Source: Octopus bimaculoides
Taxonomy: Eukaryota
DNA length: 33,695 bases
Assembly (NCBI RefSeq): GCF_001194135.2
Contig: NC_068999.1
Coordinates: 31,905,035 to 31,938,729, forward strand
Direction: 5' to 3'
Shown piece by piece: positions 21,005-33,389 of this stretch (position 1 is the stretch's first letter; each line of letters begins with the position of its first letter). The notes beneath the pieces were generated by a model. The model worked only from the letters and a program-made list of their open reading frames with translations, had not been told where the DNA came from and searched no databases. Both the position numbers and the translations under genes were made by a program.

Positions 21005-22790
21005 GCAATTATCATTATTAAAACTATAACTTACTACTTTAGTTAGCAAGAATGTTGTCTTATGGTTTGGTGACAACAAATCTCAAGAATCTTTCTTTGA
21101 ATTCTTGCAGAATACCAGGTTACACTTTTCTGAACAATGTGAATCTCAATTGCTATAGTTTTCAGGCTCTTTGGTTTGGATGTTGTGCCAAGTGCACCAA
21201 TTACTACAGGATCAATTGTTAACTTAGTCTTCCACAATCTCTTCATCACTCTGGCCAGGTCCTCATATTTCTCAATTTATTTGGAATCAACATGACATTG
21301 CAAAGTGTACAATCTCACACACATTTTTTGTCATCTATTTCCCTCAATAGTACAGCCAGTCTTTATGTGAAAATCCCATAAGATTCTGTAATTATTATTC
21401 TCCATTACAGCCTCTGGCTCATGTTCATACCACATTTTTACTACTTTCAATCTACACACTCATTTACCATCCCAGTGCACATTTTTACCGATGTAGTCAT
21501 GCCTGCATTTATACTTATTTTGTGCTACCTTACTACCTTCACTCAAGAGATGGTTAAAATTTTTCTCCTCTTTCCCACAGATTCTACATTTACTTTCTGA
21601 TGTGTTTTATCAATCTTTGCTTTTATCAAATTCATTCTAATGGCTTGTTCTTGAGCAGCTATAATTTGTGGCCCAGTGTCTCATTTCAGGTTACTATCTG
21701 TTTGCCACAACCACTGTTCTTTACATCTAACATCCTCAGTCTGTTGTGTTAATTGGCACAATAATTCCTTCTCTGGTTAGCTATTTTTCCTGTTGTTTTT
21801 TCTAGCTGTTCTTGAATTTTCATTGGCTTTTTGAATATTAATAGCCACTGATAGTATTTTTTTTTTTTCACTATACACAACAAAGTTTTTTAAACCCAAT
21901 ACCGCAATAATAACAGTGTTTTCTGCATTCAAAAATCCACTGCCTCTTTTATTCCTTAGCAGGTAAAACCTTTTAATATTAGTTTTAAGGTAAAGTTGGT
22001 GAGCTGGCAGAATCATTAGCATGCTGGACAAAATGTTTAGTGGCATTTCGTTCATCTTTATGTTCTGACTTCAAATTCCACTGAGGTCAACTTTGCCTTT
22101 CGTCCTTTCAATATCGATAGATTAGTACCAGTTAAACACTGGGTTTGATCTAATCAACTTACCCCTCTCCCTGAACTTGTTGGCTTTGTGCCAAAATTTG
22201 AAATCAATATCACTTTTGGGATGGTGTGCATTGTGAGCAGCTTACTGATTCTTCTAATTCCTGTAGATCAGTCTTTCTCCATTTTAGAAAAGGAGCAGAG
22301 TGTCATAATACAAACATGACCTACATATTTATTGATTTCATAATATTTCCTCTATTTTGATTTTGTTTTGAGCTTGTTCTTCATTCTTCATTTGTACTCT
22401 TCGGAAATTTTCTCCCTCATTTCTCCTTCCATTACCTTATTGTCTTGCAACATGCCAAGGTACATGTATTCTTCATTATTTCATAATCTTGTGATAACTT
22501 TATACCCTAAGAGTTTATATTTCTGTCTCGCTTCATAATTAACACTGCATACTCATTTGCCCCAAACTGTGTTCCATTATCGTTGCTAAATCTTGTTACT
22601 GCTTGGATCAGAGAATCCAGATCTTTCTCATTTTTTTAAAATACAGTTTGAGGTCATCCATAAAGCAAGTGATTTATTTTCACCTTGGTTTTGGCAAACC
22701 TATCTTGGTACACTTGTCAGGAGGATTAACCCAATTACAAAAGCAATGGAGAGAACAAGTCTCCCTGGAATATCCTCCTGCATATTTTCA
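21005..22790 (-). mobile_element. R4/Dong-clade non-LTR retrotransposon relic (RT, zinc knuckle, restriction-like endonuclease)
   Basis: FQGDLFSPLLF (22741-22772), HLL-MDDLKLY (about 22645-22675, frameshifted), RFYLLRNKRGSG, IAAQEQAIRMN, CRICG...NHL (21551-21588), WYEHEPE, ILWDF, EKYEDLA, LW...PVVIGALG, then a TAA-rich 3' end. Confidence 0.9.
21998..22210 (+). mobile_element. SINE family A inserted into the R4 relic
   Basis: Clear head and box motifs; R4 coding remnants continue on both sides. Confidence 0.9.
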
Positions 22791-22877
22791 CACAAAACAT
22801 AACACATATAGAATAAAGGGTGTGGAAGAGATGTAATAAAATGCATGAAACATTGTAGGTTAAAAATCTCAAAGACT

Positions 22878-23160
22878 TTGGGCAAATATCTTCTACTATA
22901 GCCTCAGCCTGACCAAATCATTGTAATTGGATTTGGTAGGTGGAAACTGAAAAAAGCCTGTCATATACAAGTGCGTGTGTGTGTGTGTGTGGGTGGGTGT
23001 GTGTGTGTGTGTGTGTGAGAGTGTGTGTGTATGTGCATGCGTGCGTGAGTGTGTGTGTCTTTGTTTGTGCCCCCCCCCCACTCACTGCTTGACTACTGGC
23101 TCTAGTGTGTTTATGTCCCAGTGACTTAGTGGTTTAGCAAAAAAGACCAGTAGAATAGTA
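22878..23160 (+). mobile_element. tRNA-derived SINE family B, 5'-truncated
   Basis: TGGGCAAATATCTTCTACTATAGCCTC...GGATTTGGTAGGTGGAAACTG, then (GT)n and a tail. Confidence 0.85.
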
Positions 23161-23983
23161 TATGCAAAGAAAGGTGATCTCATGATTGTGAATCTCATGA
23201 ATGAGGTGATAAAAGGTCGCCAAAAGCAGTGGAATCCATGGAAAAATTTCATATGAGGATGATGATGATCTTATAGTAAAATCAGTAAGCATCCTGCAAT
23301 CTGGGTCTTTTATATATTTTCATTGGCAAATTGTGCAATTTCACCACTAATAGTTTTTAGTAAGGCATGGCTGTCACTACATAATAGATTCCCTACCTTG
23401 CACCTTGGAGGTCACCTCTAATTAGGGTACAGAAGCTATTCATTAAAGCTAATTAGCAACAGCAGCAGTGTGAGCCAAATCAGTTGAGATGGTCTTTGAC
23501 AAGATTTTACTGCAGTGTTATATCAACATTGATTTCACTCTACTAATATTTACTCCAAGAAAATTTAGGAAAATTATTTCTCTTCTTCAAAGTCTTGAAG
23601 ATCTTTAACAGATTCAGGAAATTAATCTTTACCTTTTCATGACTGTTGGAGACAAAAAAAAGGCAGAGTTTTTTGTATATTTTGTCAAAGTATTATCAAA
23701 TGAAGCAATCTACTAAAACAAATGGGATTCTTTTGTTACAAAATTGTCTGCAAACAAACTTTGGTTCTGATTCTCTTTACATAGTTTCAGCTCTTCACAT
23801 ACAAAGTATTTTATTACTTTTTTTACTCTTCTTAAGAAAAGATTTACACTCCATTGTATTTTTTCAATGATACTCCTTTTCACACAAGGAATATCCAAAT
23901 GTTTTATTTTACAAGAAATATCATTCCAAGCCTATTTTACCATGATTTTCTGTGTATCTCCTGCAGTTTACCATTCATTTATT

Positions 23984-24070
23984 GAAGAAGAAGAAGAAGA
24001 AGAAGAAGAAGAAGAAGAAGAAGAAGAAGAAGAAGAAGAAGAAGAAGAAGAAGAAGAAGAAGAAGAAGAA
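23984..24070. repeat. (GAA)29 microsatellite
   Basis: Perfect trinucleotide run of 87 nt. Confidence 0.98.
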
Positions 24071-26149
24071 TAAGGAGGTAACCATTTACTGTGTACTGTT
24101 GTTTAAACCAATCTAAGTAGGGTATCAGACTATTATTGGAAACAATAGTTCTAAAATTACAAACAATTATTATGGTTATTATTATTCACTGCTAATCATT
24201 CAGATGTGCTCCAAATATTCTCAACGTTTTTCAAATGTAACAATGAAATTCATTTTCATTTTAGACATTATTTTAAACAGGAAGAACTATTGAACATTTA
24301 AAAAAATCCTATCCAATAATGAAGCTGAACTACAAGGTCAGTTTTTAAGAATATTTCCATTTTTATTCTACCCTCTGACTGTAAAGCAAAATTGTCATAT
24401 CGTTTGGGGCATGTCTCAAGAACAAGTAACATAGAACAAGGCAGAACAGCTGCCAAACAAGCCATAAAAATGTAAAACAAATATTGATGAACATGAAAGT
24501 GTACTGTTCTTTTGAACAAGAAAAGTTTAGAGGTAAAATGTTTTGCTGAAAGTATAAAGTTTAGCAACATTTCATTCACAAGACAGTCTGTTATTAGATT
24601 TGAGAGTTGCATGAATGGAAGAAAGTAGCATATTTGTACTTTGTCAATGCAACATGTACTTTCCTTGTTCTGTCCAAGTATGAGTTGGAGACAGCCCGGA
24701 TAGGAACACTGAACTCTTCTTTATTGTGAGAGGGAGTAAAGCACTGTATATGTCACTTTTAAGATAGAGGACATGGTAAAAGTTTAAGTCCAGATTGTAT
24801 ATCACACACCTTCCCATAAGCTCTTCCCACAGTATTTGGGAAGGAAGAACACAAAGTTCCATATCAAGAACATTGATGTTAACATCAATCGCTAGCTAGA
24901 AATCACTTTCAGGGCACTATGTTTGGGCTGATGGTCAGTGTAGATGTAACTTTCAGTGATATGTGGTCAGGTAAAGTCACCGTCAACTTACAAGCCCTTA
25001 TGATCTTGTGAGATCACAGAACAGTAACAAAACAGGAGGTTGGCAGTCCTAGGGTAGCATCAGTCACAACTCTGGAGCCATCAAAAGAAGTCGTTTTGTC
25101 TTTTTTATCATGAGCTAACGAAGAGAGCAAAGAATTCCTTCCACCAGCCACAAAAGCAAAGGTAATGAGAATCACCCTTGAAAATGACAGCAAAAACTAA
25201 ACAAACAGGATGCATTCTCTCACAGTAGTACCACTCCTTTCACTCCTGCGGATGATGGCCAAATGGAAGGTGAAGAAGATCAGGCAGACGTTTTTGGAAA
25301 AAGAAGTAAAAAAGAAAAAAAAAAAGCAGTTGAAAAAGGCAATAAAAAACGTGGGAATGAGTACACTTACCATGGAGAGAAGACACTCTTCACTGAGGAA
25401 GAATCCATTTTCTCTGAAAGGGGTTTCATTTTCCAGGAAGAGGAACTCTCCTCGTCCTTAAATGCAATAAGAGTCAGAACTTAAAGAACTGTAAATAATT
25501 AACTGCCAAACATTCTGTTCAAATTTCTAATGATTTAACTAATCCCCAACTACTCTACACCATCTCAATATTTCTCTCGAATTTAGAAACCACGCCTCAA
25601 ATACGAAAGATTAGAAATTAATTTGCAACGATAAAATTACTGAATTGCTATTTCTTTCATACAAATAACTTGAACCAGTGCAAGGAAGTGTGGAGTAGAA
25701 TTAAAACATTGTATCATTGAGTCTGGTTGAATAACTGGAGTCTTTCATAATAGATTAGAAGCAAAGAAATAATGCAAGCTGCTAAGATCTAAGGTAAATA
25801 TTTACAATAAAAATAGAAATAAGCACACAATTTTTGTATATTGTAATAATATGCACATATACGCACTTCTATATTAATAATATATTAATGTGTTGAGTAT
25901 TAGCTTAACACAAACGATGTTGGTAAATAATTGTCAGAAAATGTAAATCAATAAACAAACTAAATAGAACGGTTTCAAATACAAAAGGAAAAAATTCATA
26001 TGTACAATATTTTGTTGATTACATATATTGATTATTATGTTGTTAGCAGTGAATCACTCATCAATCAGATATAAGGAATTGATGGTCATCGATTATCATT
26101 TTTGATGATTATCTGAAATATCTGAACAGCAGAGCAATGTGAAAATGTT

Positions 26150-26196
<47 letters not shown>

Positions 26197-27396
26197 GAAA
26201 TCACCATAAGGATCCTCAAACAAGGACTTTCATTTGAAACTTTCGTTACATGCATGTGTTAAGATGAGTTTGTTTCCAGATCTTTCTGTAGCAATTGCAT
26301 TTTCTGCACTTAGAGGAGACTGGATTGTCATTTTCCTATTTGCAGATATTTTTCATATTCCTTAATGGGTTGCATTTGGATGACAGCTGTGTGTATGTGG
26401 TACATTAAGGAGCAATGAAGAGTAGTTATCAACTGCATAGGAGTGCATATTGCTGGGAACATTAGCATGTGTTTGGTTAATGTACCAAACGAAGAGTGTG
26501 AGAAACATCAACGAACATATAACAGAATTCATAGAAAGGTGGAGCTGGAGAATTACCCTGCCATCACACACTGGTTCGAGTGATCTCACATGAAACTTCC
26601 CATCCATAAGATGAAAGACTGATGGAATCGATAGGTGAGAAAAGATCTCCCTGTGGACACAATGAATATTTTTCTGGTGTCAAATGCAACATCATTTCTG
26701 TTATGTTCTGAATGGCAAAACACTTCTCATGTGTGATTGATAGAAAAGCCTCAGTAGATCTGGCTCTACAAAATCATATTGGTGTTCTCTGATAAAAGAG
26801 AAATGCTTAAGGTGAGTATGAAGGACATGGTCGTTTACTACTGCTTCCATCTCCTTACTATTTCACGTTTTATTATTTTGGTTTTAAGAATTGTCTTCAT
26901 GAGAGAAGAGAACTTACAACTGATGTGTTGCTGCTAACCAATGTGTCAATGTTTGTGAGTAACCAGATGGAAGTCAGTGACCACTGGGGAATGTGTCAAA
27001 TTCCTCCACTTGCAGGAGCACCAGCCACAAATTATGAAAGGATACAGGATTCCATAGCAGATAATAAGGAAGCCTTCTTCAATATTACCCATGGATCAGG
27101 ATTCTTGTCTTGTGTGAGGATGGAACTCCACTGGGAACATACTTCCTTTGTATTCTCCATCAAGCAGAGACAATACTCAAATGGATATGTTGAGAGTGTG
27201 TATTATTATTAATCCAGGTGTCTGGTCTTTATACTTGCAACCAAGTGAATTTCTCTGGCAACATTCAATGTACAGTGGTGTTAAACTCGATAATGTGTCA
27301 AACCTTTAAATCAATATCATTGATGTTTAGCTCAGTTCATTACTGGATTGTACAGGTATGATCAAATGGATTCCCATTCATGTATCAAGAACTACA

Positions 27397-27730
27397 TTAC
27401 TCATTACTCTTTTACTTGTTTCAGTCATTTGACTGCGGCCATGCTGGGGCACTGCCTTTTAGTCAAGCAAATCGACCCCAGGACTTATTCTATCGGTTTC
27501 TTTTTGCCGAACTGCTAAGTTACAGGGACGTAAACACACCAGCCTCAGTTGTCAAGTGAAGTTGGGGGGACAAACACAGACACACATATATATACATATA
27601 TACGACGGGCTTCTTTCAGTTTCCGTCTACCAAATCCACTCACAAGGCTTTGGTTGGCCCGAGGCTATAGTAGAAGACACTTGCCCAAGGTGCCATGCAG
27701 TGGGACTGAACCCGGAACCATGTGGTTGGG
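27397..27730 (-). mobile_element. tRNA-derived SINE family B, best-preserved copy
   Basis: Minus strand CCCAACCACATGGTTCCGGGTTCAGTCCC (B-box-like), then body and an AAGTAAAAGAGTAA tail. Confidence 0.9.
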
Positions 27731-28332
27731 TTCAAACAGTCTTTTTTAAAATGTAAAATGTAATTTGAGTGGTATTTGGCTGCTAATTCTAGCATGTTGT
27801 AACAGAGTGAACTCCACTGCAGGCACCCACTCAGTTGGTAGTACTATTTAACAAGAATATTAGTTTGTCTCTCTTCTCAAATTTAAATATGAGCGGGTGC
27901 TGAAGAGTTCCTGTCTTTGGCTAAAAGAAAATAGAGAAGGAACAGTTAATTATAATTTTATTCAACATATTCCCTTCTCAGATTCACACACTTATTGCAG
28001 CAGTTCTTCAGTTTTTCTAAGACCTGTAAAAAAAACTCAGAAGTTTGGGCCTCCAAGCAGGCTTTTCACAATATCCTTTAGGCCGGGAACTTTTCAGCAC
28101 CCCCTCGTACATACATATGTTAGGACCTTTACACAAGTCAAACTGAATAGTTTGTTAGACACTATCTTTGAAGTTTAGATGAAGTGTACATCAGCTAAAT
28201 TGTCAAAATATGTATCACCTTTTATTTCAGTAGTTTTTACTTGTCTCTTGTTCTCCATTATCATGAGATGATAGGCTGGTAGTATGGCTGGTTGCAAGCT
28301 GCTATATCACAGTTTGATGAAGTTATTGTTGT

Positions 28333-28562
28333 TTAACCTTTTTGATATCAACCTGGCTAAAACCGCCTCTGGCTCTGTAGTACAAATGTCTTGTTTTCAA
28401 AAATTCTGAATTAAAATCTTTCACCAAACCTTAGTCACAATTTATGTTCTCAACTCTAGCTTAATGATAACTAAGTTATTTTACTAAATCCTTTGTTATA
28501 TTTAAAATTAATTGAAAGAACCACAGAGCATCTCAACAGAAATATGGTAACAAAAGGGTTAA
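28333..28562. mobile_element. TTAA-type (piggyBac-like) MITE, second family
   Basis: TTAA at 28333-28336 and 28559-28562 flanks 13 bp terminal inverted repeats CCTTTTTGATATC / GGTAACAAAAGGG (10/13). Confidence 0.8.
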
Positions 28563-30049
28563 CCATAGGTTAAGTCTGACTGAGCTGGTGACCGATAATG
28601 ATTAAAAGCATCCATACCAGAAACAGTTTGTATTTGTTGAAGATGTAATACTGCCAGGATTAGAATTAAACACTTCACTTTCGTGTGACTGGTATTTCAG
28701 ACCAAGAATTAAGAGTTTTTCTGCATACACATGACATACATTACTTTCTCAGAAGATTGAGTGCAAGGTTTGAGGGAGACTTGGCTGCTATTTCTAGCAG
28801 GTCAACGACCACATACAACAGCAATTTTTTTAAGTGATTAAATTCATGTCATATTGAATAAGACCCTGAAAGTGTCATGGCACAATATCAGTTTTCTAAA
28901 AGTTATGTATGTGCGTACAAGTAATAATGTCATTTTCAATTGATGATAGGCAAATGCACATTGCTCTTATATACGCAACACTCTGATGCATTAAATATAC
29001 TGTCAAGTTTTCTAAATCTCTGACATCTTCCGCCTATCCTCTGAAATTCACAACATATGCAGTGCATTAGTTGAAAACACCTGACATAGAGAGAGACATC
29101 CTTCTTTGACTTGTTGGTGTCAGCATGTGTGTGTGTATGTGTGAGGGATCTGTGCAACACCATCACAATATCTCAGTGCCATTAGCTGTTTATAAAACAA
29201 CACAATAGTTTTACTTGGCCATTAATAAATCCCTCAGTCATGACGGACAATGTAAAAACCACCAGACTGTGAAAGAAGCATTCAGAACAGACTTGGTTAT
29301 TTATGAAATTTGATTTCATTGAGCTTCTGACATATCCGTGTATCCACTGTACTATACTGTACTGTGTGTGTGTGTGTGTGTGTGTGTGCGTGCATATGTA
29401 GTTATGTGTCTGTTCAAGTATGTATGTGAGCATATGTAAGCATGTATGCATGTGAATATATATGTGTGTGTGTTTGTGTATGTGTATGCATGGATGTATG
29501 TATGCATGTGTGTTTGTATGTATATGTGTATGGAAATATGTATTGTGTCATTCTAAGTACCACTGATAATGCTGTCCAGTAATATTTGTTCCATGATCAG
29601 ATATCAGAGACTAAATCATGTCAGAGCACCAGTCTAGAAGAAGGCCAGGTAAGGTTCCTTAGCCATGGGAAGGGTGACCTACCTGCACTGCCCTACTGCC
29701 ATGTGAGTGAGAACAAAGAATACAAAGAGTAGTGAAATATATCCTACAAGAAAAACAAGCAGTGGAAGTCTGCTTTAAGAGAGATTAGATTTTCAGCTGT
29801 CGGTGGAGCCACCAGCTGTATTCTTCAATGCAAGAGCTACATACTGAAGCTTCATCCCAATTCTAGTTGCTCCTTAGTCCTGCTTCAAGATGGTTCCCAA
29901 GGTTCCCAATCACTTCCAAACACCTTTTATATATTTTCTCTACTGGAGAGCTCCATAAATAGCCAGGCAACTAACACAAGAGTTGTTTACCCTGCTTTCG
30001 TGTTCTTGTTGGTACATCACCTCTAACCATCAATTAGTGTTTTCTACCA

Positions 30050-32258
30050 TGTAATCATTAAGCCTGGAGGGAAGTTAACATCTCTGACTTGATCCACAAA
30101 CTCCCGGACCAGCTGGTACATATTCAACCTGGAATGATCAAAGAAGATACCATGGCACCTGAATATGTATTTCATCTGTAAAAATTAACCTAAATGTTGA
30201 ATTTCTAACAAAGACTTTCTGTGTGTCATACTACACTGTTTCATCTGAATGTTTCCATTAATTGCATTGTATGAACATCTTCTGTACTAATGTAACAAAT
30301 TATTTTCTAATGTATAAAGAAGCCTTCCATTGTTACAAAAGTATCACACAGTGGAGAATCGCAGAAACTTCAGGTATTCCAAGAATAACATGAACCTCAG
30401 CTATTATAACAGAAGGAACAATATCTCAAACAATGGGGTTGAAGGCTTCAGAAGTTGATCTATATGTCATTCTAATACATTTCTACCTGCTCTTGCTTCA
30501 AAACAGACAGCTTCCACCTAAATGTTCACCAGCTCCAAAATTCTGTACAAGAACATGATTGTCCTTTTTAAATATACACAGCTAATGTAATATCTTCCCT
30601 GTTTTTTCCATATTATATTGGCCCCCTAGAGCTCGATGACAAGTATCTGGATTCAATAGGTGAAAAGCAGTCTGTAAGTGACATTTGAACAATTCAGCAG
30701 AATCTCCAGTTGTTAAATGCTGAGTAATTCTGAAAGAGAACAAGAACCAGTCGACCTTAGTTTCGAATGCCCCTTTCCCATCCACTTCCATCCTTTCCAT
30801 TGCCTTTCGTGAATGTGCAGTGCACGCTCAGCCAGCTGATTTGTTCGGCAATTTCCATAAAGAATTTTTATTTATTTACCTTTGTTTCCATATCCCACTG
30901 AAGCCAACATTTGCCTTTCGAATCGGCAAGAGAGGTGACAAGCGAAACAGACACTTACACACACTCATAGATCTACTGTCTTTCTTACACATTTACATAC
31001 ATAAAAACATATACATCTTTTTTGTATGTATGTGTATGTGTGTGTGTGAGCAAGTGAATGTGTTTTCTAGTGTGTGTTTCACTATTCAACTCATGGATAT
31101 GAAAGCAGCATTCTTGAAAGGTAGATGCTGGCTTCAACAGGACATGAAAATAAAAGTAAATAAATAAAAATTCTTTACGGAAATTGTCGAACAAATCAGT
31201 TGGTTATTTTGACAATATTGCTACTTTCATCGAAAGAATGCCATTACTGCTCCAACTCCATCGGGAGAAGCATCAACATGTACAAGAATTGGTCCGGATG
31301 GGTAAAAGTGTGCCGATGAAGGTGCAGAATACAACATATTCTTGCTAACTTTGAAAACCCTTTCCAGTCTGCACACCATTCCCATGCTTTTTCCTTTTTT
31401 GTTTTTAACAAACTATTCGGTTGCTCCATGAACATTGACAAATTCAGTAAATAATGATTGTAACAACCTGTAGGGACACTATTCATTATGGAACCATAAT
31501 ATACTATAAAGTACATTAAACATTTTTATAAGTCAATGTTGTGTTCTACTGTGTTAGCAGTGCTATCAAATCACTTAAGAAATTATAACCAGCACTGAAT
31601 TTGTTATGACGTTTTCATATCCAGATGCCAATATAAACAACAATGAGATTGAAGATGAAAAATTGGTTATGGGCATATATAACATATTTTAGGGGTTTTT
31701 GCTTCTTCATCAACACCTGTCCAACCCATTAACCATTCACAAACTAATTGCTTAAATAACCACTAAATATAACAGTGTAACATTATTGAACATACCAATT
31801 TTACATATTAAACACATTCCTGGAAGCTGGCACGTAAATATTAATGACCTCTAGAGAAACTGTATTTCGTAATGCAACCATAATATACTACAAAGTATAT
31901 TAAACGTTTCTATAGAAAATCTGTAGAGATAACCTTAACAAATGATTATAATAGTTCAGTGCCCCAGTATAACCTTTCAAGTCAGTAACACTTTTTGATG
32001 AAGAGGCTTCTTGCATCACAACAATTTTCTCTGGAAGGGGAGCTATGCCTTCTTCACACATTCTCAAATTAAGATAGGTCACTTCTGGAAGAAATAATTG
32101 ACATTTAGTCTGTTTTCTTATTTAAGCCCTGCCCTATCTGATACAGATGATACTCATAAGATCACTGGTATCATTAATTCTCGAAACTAAAATATCACCT
32201 ACTTCACTTTAAAGAAAGGAAGGTCTTTCAACCACTTTTCATTTCTAGTTCAAAGATA
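30050..32258 (-). mobile_element. Old Ty3/gypsy pol relic (RT, RNase H start, integrase C-terminal half), interrupted
   Basis: In RT-RH-IN order: GDILVS and KCQLFLPEVTYL...GIAPLPEK...LNYYN (31930-32210), LNLS...LLK...WEW and VHVDASPDGVGAV (31220-31460), LAERA and TKVDWFLFSFRITQHLTTGDSAEL (30580-30830), VLVQNFG and HIDQL (30450-30560). Confidence 0.8.
30832..31203. repeat. Inverted repeat (about 90 bp well-aligned arms) around a CA/TG microsatellite, inside the gypsy relic
   Basis: CCAGCTGATTTGTTCGGCAATTTCCATAAAGAATTTTTATTT... at 30832 is the reverse complement of ...AAATAAAAATTCTTTACGGAAATTGTCGAACAAATCAGTTGG ending at 31203. Confidence 0.8.
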
Positions 32259-33389
32259 TCTGTTGATGCATCGGATTCTGCGATTGGTGTTGTTTCGCAG
32301 CACACCGTAGATAATCAGACTAAACCTTTGGCGTTTTTTTCTCGTCAATTAAAGCCAGCCAAACGTCGGTACAGTACCTTTGATCACGAGGTCTTGGCGT
32401 TCTACCTGTCAGTTCGTCATTTTCAGCATCAACTCGAGGGCCGAGATTTTGTGATTTATACTGATCACAAGCCTCTTATGTTTGCTCTGTCTTCTAAATC
32501 GGACAAGCACTCGCCTCGTGCTTTTCGTCGCCTGGACTACATTTCCCAGTTCACGAGTGACATTCGGCACATACCTGGAACAGAGAACGTGTCTGCTGAC
32601 ACACTTTCTTGTCTTCCCGTGTGCTCCCTTTCATCCCCTTCTGCAATCGATTTAACTGCCATTGAGCAGGATCAGCCAGCTCTAGACACTTTGGATTTAG
32701 ATTCTATCAAGTTGTCCTGTTGCAAGTTTGCCTATCTTCCACTTCCATCTGCTGAAGGCACCATTCTTTGTGACACAGCTACTGGTTCTCCCAGGCTGTT
32801 TCTACCTGAGAACCACCAGCGCTCTGTGTTTGATGCCTTGCATTCACTGTCATATCCTGGCGTCACTGCCTCAGTGAAGCTTATTACGGCTCGGTTTTTC
32901 TGGCCTAATATGCGTCGGATGATCACCGATTGGGCATGCTCTTGTGTAAAATGCCAGCGTTCTAAAATCCACAGGCATATTCGCGCTCCTCTTGGACAGT
33001 TTTCTCCTCCGGAGACTTGCTTTCACCATGTCCACATTGATCTGGTTGGACCATGGCCTGTCAGTCGCAGTTTCTCTTACATATTGACATGCGTCGATCG
33101 ATTCTCTTGTTGGCCAGAGGCCATTCCGATAGTGGACATTTCCGCTGAGTCAGTTGCTTGAGCTTTCATTTCTAATTGGATTACTCGCTTTGGTGTCCCA
33201 GCTAAGATAACCACTAATTGTGGATGCCAGTTCGAGGCTTCTCTATTTCGTGAATTGTCATGAATCCTAGGCGTTCATCACATTCGTACGACCAGCTACC
33301 ACCCAGCCTCCAATGCACCTTTGACCACACCATCACCTACACCAGGACAGGCCGCACTGTGCATTGGCCCAAAAAACTCACTAAAACTA
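32259..33389 (+). mobile_element. Younger Ty3/gypsy pol fragment (RNase H, integrase)
   Basis: VDASD, PLAFFSR, YSTFDHEVLA, YTDHKPL, HIPGTENVSADTLS, zinc finger LHSLSYPG...CVKC, VHIDLVGP, VDRFS, then RFGVP and RTTSYHPASN past TGA stops at 33159 and 33261. Confidence 0.95.

Noticed and set aside
23867-24073. Poly-Glu ORF
   Set aside because: It is a (GAA)n microsatellite with no coding context.
25388-25430. CTGAGGA...GAAA as a hammerhead
   Set aside because: Stem III, the NUH triplet and stem I do not fit.
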